A stretch of 64,000 nucleotides of DNA from Eutreptiella sp. 'Long Island Sound 2002' (lineage: Eukaryota > Protista > Euglenida). The stretch spans positions 188,232,001 through 188,296,000 of the forward strand of contig OZ038378.1 in the NCBI GenBank assembly GCA_964036045.1, given 5' to 3'. Below, one piece after another: positions 51,901 through 60,579 of the stretch. Made by a program: the position numbers and the translations under genes. Each line of letters begins with the position of its first letter. Positions within the stretch are counted from its first letter, which is position 1. The notes under the pieces are model-generated. The model searched no databases. It had not been told where the DNA came from and was given only the letters and a program-made list of their open reading frames with translations.

Positions 51901-54900
51901 AGTCAAGGTCTCCTTCTTCTGTTCAATTCCGCCTGCCAAATGCCGCCGGATCAGCAATCACCCGACGGCTGTTAGCGGTTGATTGACGCCTTCGGTGAGT
52001 AACCGCCTGAATGTGGCGACCGACTGACACCTCTTAAAGGTGTTGTGTCACAGAGCACATGGAGAACGCACGGAACCAGACACCCCCACAACCCGGCCTC
52101 CGCACCTGTCACGACGTGGTGGCGTCTCCATCATCCGTGGGGGCGATTAGGCCCATTCAGGCCCACTTTTGTCCCACTGCCTCGTCACATCCCTCGTGAT
52201 GGAACGCCTCCCACATGCGTAGGGCTGAGATGACCAGTCTCAAGTCAGTCAAGGACTCCATAGACACCCGGCTGCCAATCAAGATCGTGCCCCCGCCCAC
52301 GCTCCTGGGCGTGCTCAGGCAAAAGGCGGCAAAGGATGGAAGGTGATTTTGTGCTCGTTGCCTTCGTTCTGCAGAGACAGAGCCTTCGAAGGCCTGTGCG
52401 TTTTCCCCAGCTTTGTCTCCTACTTGGCGCTGGGGCTGGGGCTGGAGGCGGAGGTGGCGTGACGGTCAAGCTGCCGTTAACCCCCCTCCAACCGCCGTCG
52501 GTTGCGCTTCAACCGCCGTCGGCTACCCTCCAACCGCCGTCGCGTACCCACTAACCGTCGAGGTGGGTTTGATGGACGCCAGCAGTTTTTTTTGAAGGGG
52601 GGGGGGGGGGGCTCTAAGGGACCGCCCTGGCAAGGGGCAGGCGGTGAGCGCCGAGGCATGTGATCCGCCCTTGTCGGATGTTTGTGCTGCAGGGAATCCA
52701 CTGCCTGGGTCGAGCCACAGCCCAAGCGCACTGCGCCGCAGCAGCAGCACATGGTATGTGCTCCCGAGGGCCTGTGCACTCTACGACAGAGTCCGGCCCC
52801 ACCGACAGGGCCTCGACGGGAGGAGGCGCAGGAGAGACATCACGGGTTCTCGCCCCCTTCTCCGGTGCAAGTGGATAGCTCACCGGTGGTGCGTGTGCGG
52901 GTCGGTGGGTGACTTGGCTCAGGGGCCATCCCACCCCCTCCCCCGCCGCACTGCCCCTGTGGCTCTGGCAGCACAACCGCAGCTGTCGTGGCCGCAAGGT
53001 CTGCTCCGGGGGTGAGCGCCGGTGCCCCTGAGATCGGGAGGTGGCGTGCCTGGGCCCAGGTCCCCTCCGGTGGGCTCAGCGTAAGGCTCCCTCAGCCCCC
53101 CCCCCCCCCAACCGGGCGTTAAGCACGAGGCCAACGCACAACCCCCTGAGAGACAACGGAGCACCCGGTGTACGTGAACGTGTAGGTCCCTGCCCCCCAC
53201 CCCCTCCGCGTACACCCACGGGCACAGCAGCGGTGAAGAGGAGCAGGCCCCGCCGGGACCTGCACAGGCGGTCCTCCCGTCGGACACTGGCGCCCCAACG
53301 CAATACAAACGGGCTCACACAGGCCGCGGGGCCTGGCAGGGCCGTCAGCAGCCCCGCAGGCCCTGTGACCGGACCGCCGGGATCGCCACGCCCGGTCGAG
53401 TCGCGCGGGAGCGGGAGCGCTGAACCAACCCAAACCCAAACCTCCGGACCTCCTGAAGGTCTCGCACACGGGGGGTGGGTCCACATTCAAACGGGGTGCC
53501 CCCCTTGTGTCACCTGCGGTGCAATACGCCGGTGTAGATGTGGGACATTCAGCCCCCCCCATCCCCCGCCTTCCCCAGAAATGCCCGCAAACGCTGCGCC
53601 CTGGACACTGAAACAGGCCAAGTGCCCAGACCAAGTACCGGCGCACGTACTTGAGCCTTTAGGGTACAGGGGGAGGGAAAATTTCGCCCGGGGACAATTT
53701 CGCTGGGGATAATTTCGCCACCCTTGAAATCCCCAAAGCTCTAAGTGCCATACGCCCAAATGGCGGCGATAACCCAACAAGACACGCCCCAGACGGAGAC
53801 TCCCAAATTGCAACACATCACCACAACAAACAGGCCCCAGCCCCTCCAGCACCAATACTACCGGATCAGCAGCACCAGGTTCCATACATCTGCGCAAGAA
53901 ACGGTTGGCTCAGGCGCGTTGGTAAGCGCTTGGCTCTTCTTAGGAAACACAATCCCTCTGCCGCGGTGGCAAAGGATGGAACTGTTCCGCCAAAAATTTC
54001 GCCAGGGGAAAATTTCGCCACCGTTCTTAACGGCCAAATTTTCCCTGCGAAATTCTCCCCTGGCACAATTTTCCCTCCCCCTGTATCACGCAATGCCCCG
54101 AGCAGCAGCCTCCGGATATGATTTGGTGCGCAAGGCGTCGGGATGCAGAGCCTCTTGCCTCAGTCTTCGCCTACCGCCTCGTCTCCTTCAGGCGCCCTCC
54201 GTCATGACGCGCGTGAAACGGTCCCCGGAGGACATGCGGTATGCCCCCGCGCCTCGGCTGCCGGGCCCTATTCCGGGGTTCTCCATCCGATGGGGACAGT
54301 GCCTGCCGTTTCGGGTCGTTCGCAGGGCCACGCTTCGGGCCGTCCCCCACCTCCGCAGGGAAGAGGCACGGCATCGGAAGCGGAGGGGGCCCAAAGGGGG
54401 GGGATTGTCAGGGGCGGTGGGGAGGGCGATCGGAAGGGGTTGGCAAAGGGTTCGGAGCGGTGACTGTCAGCCACACATGCCGTTGGTGGGGCGGTGGGGA
54501 AAGGGCGGCAGCGGGTCGGTCACAGGCTGGATCCACGGAAAGGGGGCCCCTCCCCTCTTCCCAATGAATCCCCCGAGGAGAGCCGGGGTTGGGGGCGGGG
54601 AGAGGGTACTTGTGGAGACCCTTTCTGTTGTGGGCTGGAGGGTCGGGCAGGCAATTGGTGTCTGGCTCCGTGTGTGCTCCATGTGCCATTTGTGTGCTCC
54701 GTGGTCTCGGACTTAAAGAGCTGTCAGTTGACCGCCATCCGTCGGTGAGCCGCCGCACGCCGTCAGTCAGCCTCCGTTCGTTGAGCAGGCAAGTGGTGAC
54801 GGAGACGGGGGGTTGGGGTGGGGATTACCCCACAAGCGCCATACCCCCGGGTGGCGTGGCTGAATGAGAGCCTCGGTTCGTATTTGGCACGAGAAAAGAG

Positions 54901-56441
54901 TCGCAACGGCGAGGGCGCAGGCAGAGGCTCAGCCGCAACACAAGGGCGATGGGCACGACGCTCGGCGCAATGCGCAAGTTTGCGCGTCGGGGCTCTTCCT
55001 AATCGATCGTCTCCCCCCCCCCCCCCCTATTAAGGGGCGCCCTCACAGAGCGCCCCTCATGAACCATGTCCAATAGTTGTCGTCAGAACGACCTGTCACA
55101 GCGCAGTCTCATCTCCGATGCAGTGCTTGCCGCAGTGGTCCACGACAACGACTCCCGCCGTGTGTCTGTGAGCCCCCCCCCCCCTCTGTGTGTGCCGGTC
55201 AGACCCTGGAGCGCGCAGGCGGCGTTCAGCACTTTGACAACCCCGTCACACGGCGGTGAGGACATCATGAGGGATCGGGTGGGTTCCGAGCAGGGCTGCT
55301 GCACTGCCCTGGGCTCCCGGTGCATGCGCCTCTGCCCAGACCCAAGAGCTCTATTGATGTTATTTTATGGGGGTCTCATGTCTGAGCTCTCCGTGACATT
55401 CTGACCGGATACACGCGAATGGGGGCAGTGCAACAGAATCATCACTTTTCGTGGGAGAACAAGGACCTCGACAATGCAGTGGTGCTGAAGCTGCGGGCCA
55501 TTTTGTGGGCACGGTGCTGGGCACGATGGCAGCACCGCCTCCACGCGCTGCGGCCAAATGGCTTGGCTGGGGCCACCCCAAACGCCGTGGCACAACAATG
55601 GCGTGCACTTTGCAACAGAGCCCGGGACCTGCAGCACCCACCCACAACGCCTCACAAGACCGCCCTTGCCCTCGACGGCCACACGCAGCCCCCACAGGGC
55701 GCCCCCGTCCTCCGTGTCTTGACTCAGAGAACCCGCTTGAATTGGCGGCCCGGACGGAAAACGTCCCCCTCCACGACACGTACCACCAAATGGCCAGTGC
55801 GTCGTGGGGTTTATTTTGACTCGTGTATCCCTATCCCCCAGCCCCCCATCGCCCCCAAGGCTGTCCCACTCTCATCTTCCAAAAAACACCTCCCGTCTGT
55901 GGACAAGCCACGTAGACAGTCTCCTGTCAAACCCGTGCGTACACCCAAAAGTACCGACCGGCACACGTACTCAGCCTTTATGGCACACCGTACCCCCCCC
56001 CCCCCCGCTCCCCGACGGGCCCTTTAGGTCGGCAAGGCCTTCGTCACGGTTCGAGTCGGGGATCCGGAAAATAGGATCGACCCCCCCCCCCCCCCTCCCT
56101 CCCCACGCCCCGTTTCCGCTGACTCACGGCCACTACCACTCCATATGATCCCCCAAAACACCGTCACGTTGCCGTTGTGGTGTCGCAGGCAAATGGCCGC
56201 GTCGTACATGAGTCAGACCGTCCCCAGGCCGCACGACCGCCTCCCGCCCATCAACGCCTCCGGCTCCGTGACCTCCCCCGGCCCCACGAAGGCGGAGGGG
56301 CGCCTGCGCAGCGCCCAGAAGCACTCCACGGGCCTGTTCGGCCCCGCCGCCGGCCGCGTCACGTTCCCGGACGTCCCCCCCGGCCCCACCGCGCGGGTCC
56401 ACATGGTCGTGGCCCCGCAGCTGCGCCCCATGGCGCCCTAA
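6917..56441 (+). CDS. Multi-exon protein-coding gene of unknown function (envelope): array of phase-1 symmetric short exons followed by a unique C-terminal exon series; 5' start not identified
   Basis: More than 20 AG/GT-bounded segments are open in a consistent phase and join in frame to the stop at 56439-56441. Related exons differ mostly at synonymous positions. Confidence 0.75.
8005..8067 (+). CDS. Exon, 63 nt, phase 1-1: (G)PSELPSLSALLHAIGAPCSK(G)
   Basis: cttccacAG / GTGTGC; homologous to exon 11514. Confidence 0.8.
8790..8843 (+). CDS. Exon, 54 nt, phase 1-1: (D)AIPSKSYPSLLLLKDSA(G)
   Basis: Pyrimidine-rich cgcacAG / GTGCCT; homologous to exon 12504. Confidence 0.75.
10152..11007. 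mobile_element. Non-autonomous hAT-type element (856 bp)
   Basis: TIRs CAGGGGTGGATATA / TATATCCACCCCTG; perfect 8-bp TSD CTCTGCAC (10144-10151 and 11008-11015). Confidence 0.88.
11514..11585 (+). CDS. Exon, 72 nt, phase 1-1: (G)ALNATGFPSLSSLLEAIGAPWPH(G); the frame stays open to a second phase-1 donor (GTGAGC at 11718)
   Basis: tgtttcAG / GTGTGC; homologous to exon 8005. Confidence 0.8.
12219..12350. repeat. Minisatellite (ACAACCCTCC)n, about 13 units
   Basis: Read directly from the sequence. Confidence 0.95.
12504..12554 (+). CDS. Exon, 51 nt, phase 1-1: (D)VSSVSLPGLRMLKDVL(G)
   Basis: gcggcAG / GTATCA; the S.P.L..LKD..G pattern is shared with exon 8790. Confidence 0.75.
13696..13758 (+). 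CDS. Exon, 63 nt, phase 1-1: (G)PVGFPCLSAVMRSSGDAQLQ(G)
   Basis: cattgcAG / GTGTGC; GFP.LS motif shared with exons 11514 and 34399. Confidence 0.75.
14892..14957 (+). CDS. Exon, 66 nt, phase 1-1: (G)SAEEARIAASGAGLATLQAAG(G)
   Basis: ttccctcAG / GTGTGA; GLATLQAA resembles GLATLRAA of exon 28180. Confidence 0.75.
15525..15626 (+). CDS. Exon, 102 nt, phase 1-1: (G)PHLSALALLYPPHLSALALLYPPDGLELLQAAA(G)
   Basis: cattgcAG / GTCGAG; contains a perfect internal 33-nt (11-codon) tandem duplication. Confidence 0.85.
16381..16742. repeat. Tandem repeat, unit about 85 bp, about 4.3 copies (GAAGCGGTGGGGATCCCC...GGGGTTATGTAGCCAC...)
   Basis: Contiguous near-identical units; related GGGGACCCC..GCAGGGGT.ATGTAGCC motifs occur near 18.1 kb and 60.6-61.2 kb. 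Confidence 0.92.
16744..17208 (+). pseudogene. Coding remnant with Cys/His motif (PSTNLPVCFKVLDCRKWHCTYAMPHHMAQAHP) and Pro/Ser-rich tail, probably transposon-derived
   Basis: Protein-like composition with C..C..H...H spacing; no family assignment possible without a search. Confidence 0.35.
18185..18306. repeat. 48-bp tandem repeat (about 2.5 copies), each full unit containing GGGGTTAGGG
   Basis: Unit AATCCACGCTTTGTTGCGTGGCCCCTTGAGTTGGGGTTAGGGACTCTC; a related motif occurs near 61.9 kb. Confidence 0.9.
18419..19318 (+). repeat. Segmental duplication copy 1 (about 900 bp; copy 2 at about 21723-22630), carrying the 96-nt exon
   Basis: Near-identical text in both copies; the ORF track gives identical small ORFs for both. 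Confidence 0.95.
18750..18845 (+). CDS. Exon, 96 nt, phase 1-1: (G)ANLPALALLYPPVADGPQKTMNGLEILLAAA(G)
   Basis: tgtttcAG / GTGTGC; mostly synonymous differences from exons 15525 and 23487 over the shared motif. Confidence 0.85.
21723..22630 (+). repeat. Segmental duplication copy 2
   Basis: Matches 18419-19318. Confidence 0.95.
22063..22158 (+). CDS. Exon, 96 nt, phase 1-1; duplicate of 18750-18845
   Basis: Same sequence and splice sites as the first copy. Confidence 0.85.
22889..23287. mobile_element. Non-autonomous hAT-type element (399 bp), TIR-related to 10152-11007
   Basis: TIRs CAGGGATAGATATA / TATATCCATCCCTA; perfect 8-bp TSD GTAGGTGT (22881-22888 and 23288-23295). Confidence 0.85.
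23487..23558 (+). CDS. Exon, 72 nt, phase 1-1: (D)PHLSALELLYPPHRALECLLAAA(G)
   Basis: cacacAG / GTATGC; clear family member. Confidence 0.85.
24295..24870. repeat. Two diverged direct copies of a ~150-bp segment (about 24300-24450 and 24740-24870), followed by (GAGTG)n/(GGGGT)n microsatellites
   Basis: Shared ...AAAGATTGTGA..CCAAGTTAT.CAGCCCAC...GGCAAAGGGCCGC...TTGGGACGGGGC text. Confidence 0.8.
25775..25834 (+). CDS. Exon, 60 nt, phase 1-1: (G)PGFASLALLCPGYSPAKEE(G)
   Basis: gtccccAG / GTATGG; SLALLCP resembles ALALLYP. Confidence 0.75.
26195..26257 (+). CDS. Exon, 63 nt, phase 1-1: (G)SSTTPHAPCIDGLARLRAAT(G)
   Basis: gttttcAG / GTGTGA; paralog of exon 28180. Confidence 0.8.
26936..27004 (+). 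CDS. Exon, 69 nt, phase 1-1: (G)PGLSYLSKVFAAKDAVQPVASK(G)
   Basis: gttttctAG / GTATTT; GL..LS.VF motif shared with exon 32669. Confidence 0.7.
28180..28242 (+). CDS. Exon, 63 nt, phase 1-1: (G)TGSMAHAAYIDGLATLRAAT(G)
   Basis: gatttcAG / GTGTGA; paralog of exon 26195 with the frame preserved. Confidence 0.8.
30150..30203 (+). CDS. Exon, 54 nt, phase 1-1: (D)ATSSDAFEGLLALRDLG(G)
   Basis: cgtggcAG / GTACGC; resembles exons 8790 and 12504. Confidence 0.75.
31860..32107 (+). pseudogene. C-terminal coding remnant ending in a PIP-box-like motif (KKQMELTSFFK*), probably from a DNA transposon
   Basis: Q-x-x-L-x-x-F-F immediately before the stop; followed by repeated GGGGTACTAAATTT motifs (32205-32275). 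Confidence 0.45.
32669..32734 (+). CDS. Exon, 66 nt, phase 1-1: (G)LSGLRSLSAVFKASQYAALER(G)
   Basis: tgttgcAG / GTATGC; resembles exons 26936 and 13696. Confidence 0.75.
34399..34458 (+). CDS. Exon, 60 nt, phase 1-1: (D)ARIPGFPALSVLSHTARMQ(G)
   Basis: tttcctcAG / GTACTG; PGFPALS motif. Confidence 0.75.
35412..35471 (+). CDS. Candidate exon, 60 nt, phase 1-1: (D)QQSSCLRALFTAGSRPRVQ(G)
   Basis: ccgtctcAG / GTATGC; only weak motif similarity. Confidence 0.5.
38351..39164. mobile_element. TIR-bounded non-autonomous element (about 814 bp) with A-rich subterminal repeats
   Basis: CCGTGCAAATCCTAAAG at the left end and CCTTAGGATTTGCACGG at the right end; 38400-38510 resembles 38960-39065; no TSD found. 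Confidence 0.7.
39619..40990 (+). pseudogene. Gag-like ORF with five CCHC zinc knuckles and a coiled-coil-like segment (one frameshift, in-frame stops)
   Basis: CGICHKGGHRAFEC, CWSCGELHHSNNC, CLLCGSEKHWVRQC, CMRCGNDDHCTAKC, CLWCGVRGHVYRKC; the frame continues through TGA 40226 and TAA 40667. Confidence 0.85.
40993..41820 (+). pseudogene. N-terminal domain of the PLE polyprotein, function uncertain (weak DNA-methyltransferase-like pattern)
   Basis: 275-aa open frame directly upstream of GIY-YIG; segment NVWLHSP..FS...PVWEHI...HFLAIFP. Confidence 0.5.
41895..42572 (+). pseudogene. GIY-YIG endonuclease of the PLE
   Basis: LIYAM-x7-LYIGKT...RLRKH...FVEHEW motifs (IY at 41928-41933, YIG at 41964-41972). 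Confidence 0.85.
42573..44544 (+). pseudogene. CxC linker and Penelope-type reverse transcriptase (stops and frameshifts)
   Basis: CQC at 42579-42587 with DGHF; VVDKG; LMYLIGKAK..QWRPIA; DCKEQF; AIPMGGPFSA; catalytic position reads FCDN (43768-43779). Confidence 0.85.
44729..44762 (+). ncRNA. Candidate minimal hammerhead ribozyme, type II topology
   Basis: GC-GAAA-GGCGCC-UA-UGGCAAUGUCA-CUGAUGA-GC: full catalytic core, palindromic stem III (AGGCGCCU), stem I hairpin, 2-bp proximal stem II. Confidence 0.6.
47530..47616 (+). CDS. Candidate exon, 87 nt, phase 1-1: (G)DAPDNSTNKVSLTRSTDGPRLLHRCPVS(G)
   Basis: tttgcgcAG / GTACGC; C-rich third codon positions. Confidence 0.6.
47887..47920 (+). CDS. 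Candidate exon, 34 nt, upstream of the nonconventional intron: (G)CSATVSSLAL(Q)
   Basis: Strong pyrimidine tract ending ctcgAG; SSLAL resembles the family SLALL motif; joins in frame to 48338. Confidence 0.55.
47921..48337 (+). other. Candidate euglenid-type nonconventional (non GT-AG) intron, 417 nt, long stem-loop
   Basis: Starts ACT-CAG and ends CTG-ACAGT; ~95-nt inverted arms (47924-48018 / 48241-48332); removal gives CTG CA|G TTA TGG in frame. Confidence 0.65.
48338..48446 (+). CDS. Exon, 109 nt, phase 2-0: (Q)LWLCKAGCACWRLRPHRPSAGADAPPSDLNAFALLQ
   Basis: Donor CAG|GTCGTG; its phase-0 end matches exon 50107. Confidence 0.6.
50107..50252 (+). CDS. Exon, 146 nt, phase 0-2: ILAPEGPLVKVLGQLSYAPPSPSSEQPMAAGPGHARRVKKLRDMEVAV
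   Basis: ttccgacAG / GTATGC; high GC at third positions. Confidence 0.75.
51211..51986 (+). pseudogene. Possible degenerate hAT-transposase remnant
   Basis: AT-richer island; FTKLTRLLFSSDKPQMDVLLNEF and KRATSA segments loosely recall hAT central and dimerization motifs; no TIR found. Confidence 0.25.
52238..52342 (+). CDS. Exon, 105 nt, phase 2-2: (S)LKSVKDSIDTRLPIKIVPPPTLLGVLRQKAAKDG(R)
   Basis: gaccAG / GTGATT; high GC3; phase fits the neighbouring exons. Confidence 0.7.
53579..53621 (+). CDS. Candidate exon, 43 nt, phase 2-0: (R)NARKRCALDTETGQ
   Basis: ccttccccAG / GTGCCC; supplies the phase change needed between exons 52238 and 54192. Confidence 0.55.
53667..54083. mobile_element. Tc1/mariner-type MITE (417 bp), TA-flanked
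   Basis: TA|CAGGGGGAGGGAAAATT ... AATTTTCCCTCCCCCTG|TA; internal AAATTTCGCC subterminal repeats. Confidence 0.85.
54192..54238 (+). CDS. Exon, 47 nt, phase 0-2: APSVMTRVKRSPEDM(R)
   Basis: ctccttcAG / GTATGC; high GC3; phase 2 matches the terminal exon. Confidence 0.7.
56189..56441 (+). CDS. Terminal coding exon: (R)QMAASYMSQTVPRPHDRLPPINASGSVTSPGPTKAEGRLRSAQKHSTGLFGPAAGRVTFPDVPPGPTARVHMVVAPQLRPMAP*
   Basis: tgtcgcAG acceptor; very strong C/G third-position bias; TAA stop. Confidence 0.85.
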
Positions 56442-58985
56442 GGGCCCTCGCCCCCTCTGCAACCGGATGCCGCCGTCCCTTTGTGCGCCGCGCGCGCCAC
56501 CGTCTTCCGCACGATCAAAGTCCCGGGGGCCAGTCACGGAGGGTTGACCCCCCCCCCACCCCCATCCCCGCGCAGCCGTTGGAGGTACGCAGTCGCACCC
56601 AACGAGACGCACGTGACGGACGTGACACGGAGGCACCGGTCGTCAAGTGCCCCGTCGGGTGCCAGTCCCACTCACAGATCTGCGGGCGCAAGGCGCCGCA
56701 GGGGCACGCCCCAGAGGCAGCCTTCTCTTTCGTCGTCGCGCATATCTCTGCGAGTGCCTGCCCAGTGGTCACCGTGGCCTCCACGTGACACCCCCACACG
56801 TCGCCATCCGCGCGGCTCTTGGGTGCCCATTTCCCTATTCCCTTTGCAAACGTGTGGAATGACACGCTCTTCAGCAGCAAAACGGTACGGCCTGCGCATT
56901 TGCATCGGCGCGCCGCTCCTCCGGGGCATAGCGCAGGCGCCTCGGCTCTAACCCGCTGACCGTCCCTTCGCAATCAGATCCGTGACCTCAGTGGGACCGC
57001 TGCCGTCGGGGCATCGGCCTTTCTGTTGCCGGTAGAAATCGGGAGGAGCAACAGCGTCCCGCTTCAACGGCGGTGCTCCTGCGCATCGCCGTTTGGGGGC
57101 CAGGGACCGTGACCCCTCCCGCCCTCCAACCGCCCTCCAACCGCCTGCGTAGTCGCAATGTGACTGACCAACGGCGCTCTATTTATTGCTCTTTCGTGTT
57201 GTTCCTTGACTCCCACCCTCGAGCCCAGGCTTTCGCTTGAGGGGGGGGGGGGGGCAGGTGGGTACCCCCCCCCCCGCCCCCTTTCGGGGTGACAGTCGGT
57301 GCTGCTGACTGCTTCAGTCCACCTCCAACGACCCCCCAACCGGCTCTCAGACCCCGGGCACGGCGCTCTGCACTCCATGCGTCCGTCCCTTCCTCCGTGG
57401 GTCGTGCCGCCCAACGTGATCAAGGCGGACGTTTCTGTTGGCCATGGCATCGGAATGTGCCTCGCGGATACCGCACCAGTTGACCCCCCGTCAGTCATTA
57501 TGACGTCATCTTCGTCAGGCCTGACGTGCTACATCAATGCCTCTCCTCCGCGTTCTCTGGGGTCTGTATGTTGGCCCCCCGTGGCTGCACGGTCGGATCT
57601 AACCGACGCCCACCTCTCTCCATCCGTGAGTCGCTCTCCCTCACCCGCGCAGCCAAAGCCCGCGGGACCGCAAGGGACGCCTCCTCCGTGTGGTCCTCGC
57701 GGCGCAGCAGGATACCGCCTCGTCCACGGGCCCCCGGCTCCTGTCTGTACCCAAGTCGCCCGCACCGCCCACCTGCCCGTCCTCCCTTCCTGACCCGCAT
57801 GATGTTCACTTGCCTCGAACAGCCTTGCCCTCCGACACCCCCCTCCCCCGCCACCTCCCCCTCGTGTGGAGGCACTGGTGGGGGGAAGCTCCGGGAGTAT
57901 CGGGTCACCCCTGGGGGTCCGCATCGCCTGTGACTCAGTCGGTGTCCCCCAGACCCCACAACGTCTCATGCCGCGTATTGACCGGACCTGCGTTCCGATG
58001 TCCCAGAATTTCAGTCGTTTTCGTTGGCTCTGTCCCGCATTTGAAGGCCGGCCCTGTGCACTAGTCTCCGTCTGCACTGCACGCAAAGTGTGCCCTGTTC
58101 AGCTGCCACAGCCTGACTGGAGTCTCCTGCTCTTGGTGCCCTATTTTGCTACTTTGTTGCATTTTGTGATTTCTACTGCGCGCATGCGCGCGTGCGTGTG
58201 TGGTTACACTTGGAACAGTTTTCTCGCCAAAGTGGAAAAGGTTTGCTGTCGGATCCTTGATACTGTGCATGCCACAACCCGCCCCGCCGCACGGAGAGAC
58301 GGAAACGGTGGAGGCAAACTGACGGCTTGCGGTTCATCTGTGAGTGGGTGCGTATACTGATGCACTGGCTGAGTTGTGTTTAGCCGGTGTTTTCAGGCCG
58401 GCATGTCCCTGATACGACTGTCACGCCTTGTCCCTTCTAACCCCCACCGCAGCCACGGCCCCTCCCCTGCACAGGAGCATGCTTGCGTTTGAATACATGC
58501 ACCCGAAAGTGGGATCGCAAGAAAGCAGGGGACTGCAGCACTGCTCTGTTCTGTGCCGTGGGCCCTGACACTTGCGTGACCCATGCGGGGGCCCCTCCTC
58601 CATCTGGTGGATCGGCCTTCCGCTCATAGTCACCCGCCTTCCGCATCGCACCAGCGGCCGGGACCTTACGAGGCTGGTGCCCTCCTGGATAAAGCCTTAC
58701 AGCGCCGCTTCGCAGGCTTTTCAGGCACGCCACCACCAAGGCCTTTTGGGCAACATCTGCTCCACTTCATTGACTGCCCACGGGCAGGCCTGCGCTTGAA
58801 GGTCCAGGACGCTGGTGCACCTGAACCATTTACGGGAGGGACACCAGCATGGGCCAGTGGTGTCAGTACTCGTACGGGATCGCTTTTCCCAGTCCGGCGG
58901 CGTGCCTTGCTCATGCTGATAGCATGACCAGCCAACAGTAGGCAGCCCGCGATTGCCCCCCCCCCCCCCTTTCCCTTGATTTGTA

Positions 58986-59564
58986 CCCGCCCTTGATCAG
59001 TACCAGCTGTGGGGGGGGGTCACTTTGAGATTTCCAATGTTACTTAGAAGGTTGGATATTGATCTTCTCCTGTGTGTTTACTGGTCGGACAAGGTAGTAT
59101 TATTGGTGCATTGCAGTGCATTTGAAATTTCTTGCATGCAAGCAGTAGCCTGTACCCTGTATCCTGCAGAACACTGAGTTTTTCGCAATTTCAGCCATGG
59201 ATGCCGATCATATTGACATGTACCTACCTGGCACTGCTGTCTTTCCAACTTTCACAGCCCACCCCAGCTCTCTCAATCGCCAACCAGTTGAAGAGAAGGC
59301 AGACTGTGAAGAAGGTGCAGTTGAAGCTGGATGCTTTTCTGGGCCCCCATCACCCCCTCCTATTGTTGAGCCAGAGGCTGTGCAGCTCACAGTCAGTCTC
59401 CCGGTCATTTTGTGGATCATTTGCCATTGTGTTTGCGTGTCTTGCTTTGTGTCACGGGTCCATTGTGTTCCCCCGGGGGGTGGGGGAACCGTCATTTTGG
59501 GTATGCTTCCCCTGGGGTATGGAGATGCCGTCACACGCAGGCGGGTACTGATCAAAGGGGGGGG
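58986..59564. mobile_element. TA-flanked TIR element (579 bp) carrying an ORF remnant with a PIP-box-like motif (KKVQLKLDAFL)
   Basis: TA|CCCGCCCTTGATCAGTACC ... GGGTACTGATCAAAGGGGGGGG|TA. Confidence 0.7.
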
Positions 59565-60579
59565 TACAGTGTCCAAAATCGCATTTTTGAGGGCAAGTAC
59601 TTGACCTGCGATGTTCTTAAGGCACAGAATTTGCCCCATGCCAAACCCTCTGGCAAGGTGGCAGCCAAACCTGCAACAAGTGCACCCATTCTGGTGGCCC
59701 CTGTTGAGCAAGGGCAAATATAATCGCCAGAAAAAGTGGCACAGTGGAACCTGCTCCGCAATAGACCTGAGCAAACACGGTGACATGCTCTTTCACGGCC
59801 ATTGTATGCATGCTATGCCCTTGTTAGGTGCATTTCCTGTGGCATGCCACAAGTTCTTTGCAATTCCCCTGGGGCCAAGGGACCATCACCTTTGGCCATT
59901 TTGGCCATGTTCCTATGGTTCCCATGAGGGAGCCGTCGCGCACTAGCGCACATCGCACGGGGAAGGGGGTACTATGATACCCCTCCCCCCGGCCCCCACA
60001 CACATGGAGTGCCAGCCTGCCTGACCGTCATGATAACCCCCTCCTTGACACCAGGTCCCTCCGGCATGTGGATCCTCCGGCGTGTCAGACACCGGGGGCC
60101 GGGGGGCATTTCCAAGCAGCAAATCATAAAAAGGCAACTGCAAACTTTTACCGAATTTTCTGACCACGGCTTTTACGGTCAGAAAGTAGGCAACACGTGA
60201 TTGTGTGCCGATTGTAGAGGGAGAGAGGGGCTGTTTCATGCTTGTGATGAGTTCTCCTGCTCATAACAACATTCTGCTTGGTACTGCACCCCGGGGGAGC
60301 GTTAGCGCGCCGGGCGCGCGCCAGGCATCTTTTTTGACCCGTGCCCCACCGGTGACCTTTTGGGGTGTGCGCGCAGTGCGCGCGCAATGCAACTATTTGG
60401 ACGTCTAGCCGTCCTAGAACCCCATACTTTGTGATACTATGGGCATTATTGTTGTTTGCCAATGGGTATTTTGATGCTTCTTTCCCATTCGGGATATGGT
60501 ATATTTGGATTCTCACCCATGTTCACCCATTTTCATCCATTTTTTGCTCGTTTCCACCACATCCACTCCTTACTAGGTT

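Noticed and set aside
53041-54716. Long ORFs in the track (e.g. 53745-54716, 33398-34237, 27934-28863, 8163-8960)
   Set aside because: They cross MITEs, poly-G/C tracts and microsatellites, have no domain motifs, and are expected in GC-rich low-complexity DNA.
55419-57793. Protein-like stretches DLDNAVVLKLRAILWARCW (55460-55540) and PPNVIKADVSVGHGIGMCLAD (57400-57470)
   Set aside because: They may be retroelement scraps, but they are too short and isolated to assign, and they are not needed for the gene model.
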